A stretch of 62,014 bases of DNA, filler included, from Choristocarpus tenellus KU-1152 (taxonomy: Eukaryota > Protista > Phaeophyceae): assembly GCA_964200185.2 (NCBI GenBank). It is 10 parts of 10 records of this genome, joined end to end, with 100 filler letters (N's around TTAATTAATTAA, not from the genome) between each part and the next. Parts side by side here need not be neighbours in the genome. Positions count along the whole stretch, not along the records: positions 52,633 to 56,163 come from CAXNAD020019419.1; positions 56,264 to 59,362 come from CAXNAD020022337.1; positions 59,463 to 62,014 come from CAXNAD020026839.1; 7 more parts are not named here. The stretch is one strand, 5' to 3'. Within the stretch, counting starts at the first letter, position 1; each line of letters begins with the position of its first letter. The notes under the pieces are model-generated. The model did not search any database. It was not told where the DNA came from and worked only from the letters and a program-made list of their open reading frames with translations. Shown piece by piece: positions 53,495 to 62,014 of the stretch. Position numbers and translations under genes: made by a program.

Positions 53495-53638
53495 TTGTAT
53501 AACATGACCAGTGCCCTCGCCGTTGCGAACAACATCCTCGGCCAGTCCACAGCATAACGCCTCCAACTTTGCCTCAAAATCCTCCAGGTCCCCTTCTGCC
53601 GGGGCAACCTTGCCTGAGGATAGTAGGATCACTGTGTC
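53495..53638 (-). CDS. argJ: Internal exon of ArgJ (glutamate N-acetyltransferase / ornithine acetyltransferase)
   Basis: AG/GT-bounded 144-nt exon: DTVILLSSGKVAPAEGDLEDFEAKLEALCCGLAEDVVRNGEGTGHVIQ. It matches the ArgJ segment just after the autocleavage Thr, including (D/N)GEG. Confidence 0.8.
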
Positions 53639-55329
53639 CTGTCACAGACACAGTAGCGGCGATGTGAGTGAGTGTGTGGGTGTGTGTATGTGTGTAGAAA
53701 TGGGAAATTGGCATAGGCGATATAATCAATACGGGTAGCGATTGTTAGATATGAAATTGAAGATGAGAAGCGCTCATTTTTTTAGGAAGGCTTTTACATC
53801 CAAGATTGTTTCAATTCTAGAACCCCCCCCCCCCCTCAAAAAAAAAAGAAGGTCCCTTCCCTGGGAGGATAGCTGCGTATGTNNNNNNNNNNATTAACAA
53901 CAAACGAGCATCCGGATCTTTTTTTGGCAGCAGTTTTCATTCCAAAGTAGTTTCACTCATCGAACCCCCCCCCCCCCCTCAAAAAAAAAAGAAGGTCCCT
54001 TCCATGGAAGGATAGTTGCGTATGTTGCCTTACTACTGATATTAGTAGAGGGTTAGGGTTGGCTTTGGAACCAACTCTTGCCGCAATACAATGTCACTAC
54101 TATTTCAGTGCATTGCTGGGTTGACTACCAGTGAGTCTCCAACTCTCTTGATAAGGTGTCAAGAGCATGCGAGGTGCTCTGTGCATGATCCTCGACTAAG
54201 ATTTGAACAATATGCAATATATAAAACGTAAGACCGTCACTGGACAAGAAGCACTGGACACCTGCAATTATCATCATACCGCCCTCCATCTGTTCTACCT
54301 GTACTTGAGTATTTTCATGTCGCTCAAGTCCATGAAAAAAAAAGAGAGGTGTCGGTGAGGTTTGAACCCACAAAATCAATACAGGGAAAATGGCAAAATA
54401 ATTGGATTGGGATTAGCATATATATTCTTGGATGGCAGAAGGTACCCAACCAGCCAGATACTATTTAAGGGCTCATTTATTGGGGAGACTGTAATCATGT
54501 GTTTCAAAAATGTGCTCAAAAACAGAAAATGAAAAAAGCTCCCCATTCTACAAAAAAAACGCCATGTACAAAAAAAAACCCGATCCACTCCCAAACAAAA
54601 AACTCCAAAAATGTCTACCAGTAACTATATTTACTATTTTATTATATTACATGACATATCTTTTAATGCAAACAGGGGAAAAAAAAAAAACGAGTTTTGA
54701 GATTAAAAAAAAAGAGCTATTTTTTGTTTCTTCCAAAAGTGGACAATTGATAAAATAATATGCATTTTTTTTCTTTGTAATTTGTGATTAGACAGATTTT
54801 TTAAAGGAGGGGAACAAAAAGATGTAAACAAACGTCCGGGCAAAATAGGCACTTGAAATAAAAAAGATAATATAATATAAATATATATGTAAGGTAAGGA
54901 GTATGTATCCTTACAAAAAAAAATGCACATGGAAATTGTGTTTAAATCGAGATGTAAGTGCCTTCAACACAGATACAGATATACCTTCATATGTCAAGTT
55001 CAAATGATTATTTTCCAAAGCAGCATTATGCTAGCAAATTGCACTAGCGATCACTTAAAATGCTCTATTGTAGGCAAACAAAATAAATGGCATTTGAATA
55101 CCAATACACAAACTCTCTCTCTCTTGCTAGTATATATATATATATATATTTTAAGTTAAAAGGAATCGTGGCCAAAAAGGTCTGGTCTTTGGCCCCATGC
55201 AGAATGAATAGTAGTACCAATCATACACACTCTTCATTAGTTCAAACAACAGAAAATAAAAGATGCTTGACATAAGTTTGGGTAGGTGCAAAGGGACAGC
55301 TTTCCTGCCAGAGCGGTAACAATATTTTA

Positions 55330-55625
55330 TGACATGTCCAACCAGGTCCACCTAGTATTAGCACCGGACTGGACAGGTTCCTACATTTTTTTTTTAATGT
55401 GTTTGGACAAGGGCTGTCAGAGACTGTATCCAGACCAGGTCCATCAAGCATCGGAAGCAGACTGTACAGGTTCCAACATTTTCATACATGTTTGGACAAG
55501 AGCCATCAGATATTGCATCCAGACATGGTCCACCAAATATTGGACCTGGACCAGACAGTTTCGAACCTTTTTTTTTCTTGTCCATAGTCGGAAAAGGTTC
55601 ACCAGAGTTCGTATCCAGACCAGAT
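55330..55625. repeat. ~93-bp degenerate tandem repeat (~3 units)
   Basis: Recurrent TCCAGACCAGGTCCA...ACAGGTTCC...TGTTTGGACAAG. Confidence 0.75.
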
Positions 55626-55724
55626 CGCAGATTGGCTTGGTTGTGGAGAAATATAAAGATAGGAGGCACAAAGAATGTGCAGGCCAATTCTAACTAAGTC
55701 GCAACACAAATTATGAGTATCGAG

Positions 55725-55801
55725 AGCGACACTGGCTGAGGAGACTTGTTCGGTGCATGAATTTCGCAGGTTCAAACCCCACCAACATCACTCTTTTTTT
55801 T
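55725..55801 (+). pseudogene. tRNA-derived relic / SINE-head-like sequence
   Basis: A-box-like TGGCTGAGG, B-box GGTTCAAACCC, then a T8 run. No intact cloverleaf. An inverted partial copy lies at 54331-54376. Confidence 0.45.
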
Positions 55802-56307
55802 CACGAAAATTTGGTTTCGATTATGCTATTATACTTGTCATGCACAACAGACCGTTCACCTGTACTATCCCCTCACTAACATTCAATGGGCCAACGGTCT
55901 ACACCAGTTGATGGTACTGATAATATGACACAATTTATATACTCCTCTATCCAGTCTCTACTATATAATTCTTCACATTTTCACTATGTTCCACATTTGG
56001 CAGTTGCCATACACTCCATGTTCAGCGATTTCAGTGTACTTCAAATTTGTCAGTGTGAACTCCATACCAATCTAACAATCTACCACTCAACTACTGTCCT
56101 ACTGCAACCCCCCCCCCCTCCCCCCCCCCCCCCCCCCCCCCCCCCTCCCCACCACAACCAAAANNNNNNNNNNNNNNNNNNNNNNNNNNNNNNNNNNNNN
56201 NNNNNNNTTAATTAATTAANNNNNNNNNNNNNNNNNNNNNNNNNNNNNNNNNNNNNNNNNNNNCCCCCCTCCATCCACATTTTGCATTGTTGAATCTCGT
56301 GCCACAG

Positions 56308-59129
56308 CTATGTGGCTGCACAGGCACGGCAAGGTGCGTTGGGGAGTGATGAGGGGGCTGCATCTGGAGTCAGGGCCTCTGTTCTACAGGTAAGAAGATG
56401 TATGCAAGTTGTATCAGGGTGGAGTCATGATTCATTCCGTTCTGTTGTATGTGACTATGCTATAGGGACTTCCTACAATATGAGTTCTGGAGACAGGCAT
56501 CAATTTGTTTCGGGGGACTGGGAAGGGACTAGGTAAATGGATGTTTCCACAAGGATACACAACATATAGTGTAGGGTTAAACCACCCCTATTGTTCCACT
56601 CAATGGCCTTCCAACCTGGATTTGTTCCTTATGCCAGGCCACAGTACACTCACTCAAGGGTCTGCAGCAGTGTGTCTCGATGTGCATTGACAAGGAACTG
56701 CCTCTCACAGTGGATCTGTTGCAGGGGTCAGAGATGGTGGCAGCTGTGCTCAGCAGGCAAGTCTCCCCCCATCCCCACCCCAGCCCTTTAGCACAAAATT
56801 GTGATGCTTAGTAGCAATAATTGAAAAATGATGCTGCATTACTTCCGTATAAAGTATATAAAACAGGGTGCTGAGGAGCTCACACTCCTTGTTGATGGCT
56901 TGAGTTCAAATGTGTTTTAGGCTTCACTGATCAGTTGGCAACCTCTTCCTCATGTTGGGTGCTGTACATGCATTGAAGATAGGGAAGAATTGGAGTAAGA
57001 AAAAAGTCTACACTAATCAATTTTGTGCTGTACAGGCACCCTGCCCTCAAGAGACAGTAGGAGATAACACAAAAACATACCAGTCAATCTGAAATAACAG
57101 ACTTCAACAGTCTGTGAACGGTCCCCCCGTTCTGACTACTCTTCCCTTTCCTCCCTCCACCTTGTGAACCTCATGTACTATATGCAATGTATACACTGAC
57201 CTACCTCTGCAGAAGCACCCACGGCGAGGAGTTTGACCACTTACTCAGGACTAAGTCCATCACAGATGATCTCCCAAGTAGTGGTCCCACAACCATTCCC
57301 ACAGTCTGTGGAGGCCAAAAGAGGGGTGGATACAAGGGCCAGAAAGGGTTAGGGAAGGTGGGCACCAACGTCACCATGAAGGATGAAATAGAAGACCAAC
57401 TGCTTAGCAGTCTCCACAAGGTGAATTTGTGTGGGATGAGGGATTTTTGTGCCTGGGGAGGGGGGATGAAGGTGGATTAGGGAGGGTGAGTGGGAGGTTG
57501 AGGTATGCATGAGGTTGTACGGAAATAGTGTATTGAGTGAGGATGAAGCTGAGTGGGAGGGGTATTAAAATATTGTGATATGGTGCAGTGGAGTGTGTAT
57601 CATTTGTTTGGCAGGCAAAGGAGGTATGGTGATGTTTGGGGAAGACAAGGTTGAAAGAGGAGCTGGGAAGGACAGACCTTGTGTTTATGATGAGTTGGTT
57701 GTGCAATGCTGACTTAAATGTGCTCCCCTCCTGCCACAAGCACTCTTGTCCCACTGTACTCTTCACAGTACGCTCCAAATCTTTTTTCCCTTTAGGAGTG
57801 CCTCATCCCCACAGGTTATTTCAATGTTTCCTCATCTGCTAGAGTGTGTTAGTTCTCCGTAACACTCTCTACTCAAGCACACATTATTGAGTGTATCCCA
57901 TACCATATGTATCATATATGTATCATATATGTATCATATATATACAAACCGAGACACAGAACTGTACTGTCAGACACAACACACAAGTACTGCGTAAGGT
58001 CCGTTACAACAATGTCACACATTCCATCCCTCCTACTCACACACACAAATACCCCTATCAACATTCCCCATAGCTTGCCACCTCTCCACCACCTCTCCAC
58101 CACCTCTCCACCACCTCTCACCCCTCTCTCAACACCGTACACCATACACCCATATTTCATCTCTACACTTATCTCTACAATTATCTTAAGTGGTACCGAG
58201 GTGATGGCCTTGTTCTTCCTCTGGAGAGCTCCCTCCCTCTAATAGCGTCCTTTGTGGTACATGAGATGCACTTCAGGACAGCCTTGGCTTCTGGTGCCTC
58301 ATCTGCTACTGAAGTGCTGCAGGCGAGGCGAGATGGAGGTAAGTCACATATTCCATAAACACTTAGTCACATATGCCTGATCTTCACTGAGAAAAAATGA
58401 CAATGATTATATGTTAGACAATGAGGGATGGCCCGTGGAGAAATTTACACTTATCTAAAATCCCTTCTGATTTGGCTAGCCGATCGTTGTATTATCTATT
58501 CTCGCTGAATTTTTTTGAGAATCAGGCCTTATCTTTCGTGGAATGAATTTTGCATAGCAGGAGAATGTATAGATATTTCTTCCCCTCTCCCCTGGTGCCG
58601 TCCCTCTCCATCACTAAGAGACCAATGTAGAATTAGAAATTAGAATGTGGGTGGCAGGGTGTGTCCTCTTCCCTCTCTAATCTAACTCTAGTATTGTTGT
58701 TGTTACTTGTACCAGTATCATTATCACTATCATTGTATCATTTCTATTTTATCTTTAAAGGAGGTATGAGAAATCAAGATGTTTCTCCTTGTGTGTGAAG
58801 TCAATTGTGCTTTCTTTGTTCCTCTAACCCCCCCTTTTGGTGAACAGCCCATCCCCTACATGATTCTTGGTCACGATGACTGTACACTTTCCTTCCTCTT
58901 TCTCCTCCTCTACACCCTTGGGTGCTTTCAAAACACTACAGGAGGCCATGGTAAGAGTGAGACCTCTCCATTTGTATGTATGTTGGCATCAGTGACCCAG
59001 CCCCTGGTCGATTTCCTGGCAGGAAAGGGGGCACAGCAACTTAGTGTTAGGGTTATTGCGGGTATGGCCATGATGCCAGAAGAGGCGGTTGAGGTATTGG
59101 AACAGTCTCTCTGCGGCCTGGTGCACAAG
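56308..59129 (+). CDS. Unknown protein, internal part (5 exons)
   Basis: Exons 56308-56389, 56638-56756 (GC donor), 57213-57420, 58191-58338, 58942-59129 join in phase with no stops. No family recognised. Confidence 0.7.
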
Positions 59130-59271
59130 GTGGGGTATGGGCTTATGTGGGTACTTAGGTGTTGTATTGTGTTGTGTTGTGTTTGTGTGCCCTACTGAAA
59201 ATCTGCTTCCTTCTATCCTGGAGTGCATGTTCTTTCAAAGTGAATGTTTCAGTTGCTGTGATAGGATGATA

Positions 59272-59362
59272 GAGTGAAATTATCTTAGAGGGTATGAGTT
59301 TTGCCCTGTTTGTCCATTTGGGGCCTGACTTCCCATGGCGTATTTTTTTTACATTTTCCTAC
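59272..59362 (-). mobile_element. MITE family A, partial (contig end)
   Basis: Starts GAGTGAAATTATCTTAGAGGGTA, then the family A body. Confidence 0.8.
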
Positions 59363-59989
59363 NNNNNNNNNNNNNNNNNNNNNNNNNNNNNNNNNNNNNN
59401 NNNNNNTTAATTAATTAANNNNNNNNNNNNNNNNNNNNNNNNNNNNNNNNNNNNNNNNNNNNTTACATTAACCGACCAATGAATGAAACAAAATAACACA
59501 AAAATTGTTAAATAAAAAAATTTGCACCAAATGGACAGCTGCCACCCCCCCCCCCCCAGATAATTTGACCCAAATGCGTAAGCATCAACACCATGGGTAC
59601 CTATCCAGCAAGGGATGGGCGGTTAGGAATAGATGCAGTAAAGGCCAAAAGAGGTACACGTACGAGAGTACGGTTATTTGACCGAAAAAGGTAATGTCCC
59701 CCCCCCCAAAAAGGTCAAATCAGAGAGGAACGGTCCCTCATTTCCCCTCGAATCAGCAACACAAGAATGTTTTTTCACTGTCGAAAAAAAGTCAACAAGT
59801 GATCCAGTGGACGAGTTTCCATCAATTGAATCCTATTGATGGAATATGACACGCAGACTGTCCGGCTGGTCTAATTGTTACTGCTTGCACTACAGTATCT
59901 CCCACACCCCCATACACTTACATGAGATCAAAACATGGAGACAGTAGCCTTAGGGGAGAACATGGCTTTGGCAAAATGTGACTACTTAC

Positions 59990-61402
59990 ATAACCAGACA
60001 GGACTGGTGTAGATCAGCAACTGCTATGAGGCGTCCTGCACGCAATGATTACATTGCTCCGTCTCCAGCACATGTCTGACCTTACTTCCATTTGAACTTG
60101 TGAAACCATTTCCAACACCTCTCTTCTTTTGCTGCCTCATACATCAATTATAGGAGACAGTAAATAGTCTGGTTTTTTTACAGGGTTTACTGGCTTTTAT
60201 TACGGTGTGAGCTATAGGGGACACTATTGCATGTAGGGTGCTTCCCCACATACTTCAGGATGAGCCAAACGCAACTCTGGGCACCTTTTGCTTGCTTTGA
60301 CTCGATGCTCGATGTTTTTCAATAAAATATGCAAGACCCTAATACAGTCTGCAGCAGCACAGTACTTTCTCAAGTAATCTTCAATTGGACCAAAGGGTTG
60401 ATGCTCTAGTACAACCCTAACCCTAACCCAATTCCTGATACAATAGTACACACACAATCAGAGCAAAAAAAGAAGAAGCATAAGAACCAGGGGTGTACAC
60501 TAAATTTCTAGGTACTCTAAATAAAACACCATCATTTTAGGGAGTGTGACAGATAGGATCACTTGCTTGTTAACAGTTCTTGAAAGCATGTCTTCAGAGG
60601 CGTTATTACCAACGGTGATGATCGGGTACTCTTCCTCTGAAGATTTTTTTTTTACAAAATTACCGAGGGATGAACCTTATTGATGACACAGGTATCAATA
60701 TGTTGTAGTAAGCTGCAATCTGGTATCAGATTGACTGTATCGACTACCTATGTATGGAAGGCCTCTCTGCTTCAAGTTGTGTTAGGGTTATGGTTGACGG
60801 ATTGCTGGCAATGAAATGTCGAACAGCGCCTGCTCTCCACGAGGAACCCAATGGGGACTTACCCCCCCCCCCCCCCCCCCTCCCCTCTTCGCGGTACACC
60901 CGGAAAGCAACTCGCCCAAAGCAACACNNNNNNNNNNCCCCCCCACCCTAATCCGTACTGTGGAAGTACAAGAGGGAGTCATTTCACCAGGCGTACAAAA
61001 CGGCACGGTTGGTATTAATAGCAAACTATTTAGCAAGTGTGCCCATTGACTGTAGTGTTCTGAATGGTGCTCATCTCAACTTGGAACAAATGTTCAAGGT
61101 CCTGATAACCCACAGTCACTAACCATAACCCTAACCTTTCGAACAGTTCAGGGGCTGATTACACTGTAAAAAATGACTTGCGCTGCTTTAGTAGTGGACT
61201 GAGGTAGTTCTCTTGTATGGTATAGTGCAGAGTGGACGCATCTCTTCAATCCAATCCTACCTTTGCACGTCCAACCGACAGCACCATCAGTTCCGGCATT
61301 CCCTCGACAAATAGGCCTCCCTGCCACTATCTTACCCCTCCTGCATTCCACCTCTGCCACCTTAATTCCGTCCAAATCAACCACCACTCCATGACCGTGC
61401 TC
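59990..61402 (-). CDS. Possible exons of an unknown gene (one MORN-like segment)
   Basis: Candidate exons 61402-61261 (EHGHGVVVDLDGIKVAEVECRRGKIV...) and ~60407-60252 (HQPFGPIEDYLRKYC...), plus small exons near 60131-60086 and 60035-59990. Connectivity is uncertain. Confidence 0.3.
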
Positions 61403-62014
61403 CTAAGCATAACAAAGAACAAACAGAAGATGGCATGCATGGGGGAGACAAAAGTGCAAATAAACTTTTTTCTTTCGAGAATGGCACTGAGAATGTGGGG
61501 ATACAATGAAAGAGTTATTGATCTGTGAAAAGTAGAGATGGAAGGCGTTGTGGCAGAGACCATTGTAATTAATGCTCTGAGAATGGTGGCAAGATTGAGA
61601 AAGTAGAGTAACATATCAAGAGGCTTTCACTAATTAAAAGTAAACACACACTTGCTTCTGGCATGAGAAACAAACCACACTCGCTTGTGGTCAGGTGAGG
61701 AAATGATCATACTTTCTCACTGGGACTAGAATATGTGCAAAATCTACCAGCTGGGTATATGTAGTAATCAAACACAGACAAGACCAATCCATTCCATGGG
61801 TGTACATTTAGGAAGTCTGACAGGCAGAGGATGATGGCTACAGCATGGCAAATGTTCCCTGTCTCAATGTGAAATACAAACTATACTACAGTTGGTGTAT
61901 GTAAAAGCAACCTATTGTGAAAGCCTCCCTCATGTGTCACCTTGGCCCGCCTCCCCCCCCCCCCCCCCCCACCACCAAACCGACGTCCGCCAGCCCCTTG
62001 AGAGCCCGCTTAGC

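Noticed and set aside
53815-54025. ~65-bp duplication on both sides of a 10-N gap
   Set aside because: Possibly a scaffolding overlap artifact around homopolymers; it cannot be distinguished from a real repeat.
55725-55790. Functional tRNA gene
   Set aside because: A and B boxes are present, but no acceptor or anticodon stems could be folded.

Overview
Eukaryotic, intron-rich genomic DNA. It is most likely a stramenopile, probably a brown alga or close relative. This is inferred from the short exons with 0.2-2.6 kb introns, TTAGGG repeats, flagellar genes and a fucosyltransferase. The window is not one contiguous locus: about 10 contigs are joined by an artificial 100-nt linker (N44-TTAATTAATTAA-N44), so adjacency across linkers means nothing. 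Spliced genes reconstructed by hand with phase-consistent exons: a large EML5/6-type HELP/WD40 gene (partial, 23 exons), the 5' part of lipin/PAH1, the 3' part of a NodZ/GT23-like fucosyltransferase, an LRRC72-like gene, a complete AK6/Fap7 gene (183 aa), single exons of ArgJ and a probable DA2/SIP5-like protein, and several unknown genes. Mobile DNA: two related MITE families with a shared TIR core and mostly 4-bp TSDs, a decayed plant-type mariner, a Ty3/Gypsy RNase H relic, a 700-bp foldback element and many satellites. The strongest hidden signal is a CpG-methylation footprint: CpG-depleted gene bodies and transposons with CpG-island-like gene 5' ends. Several GC-AG introns also stand out. 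No CRISPR array, rRNA or intact tRNA gene was found.
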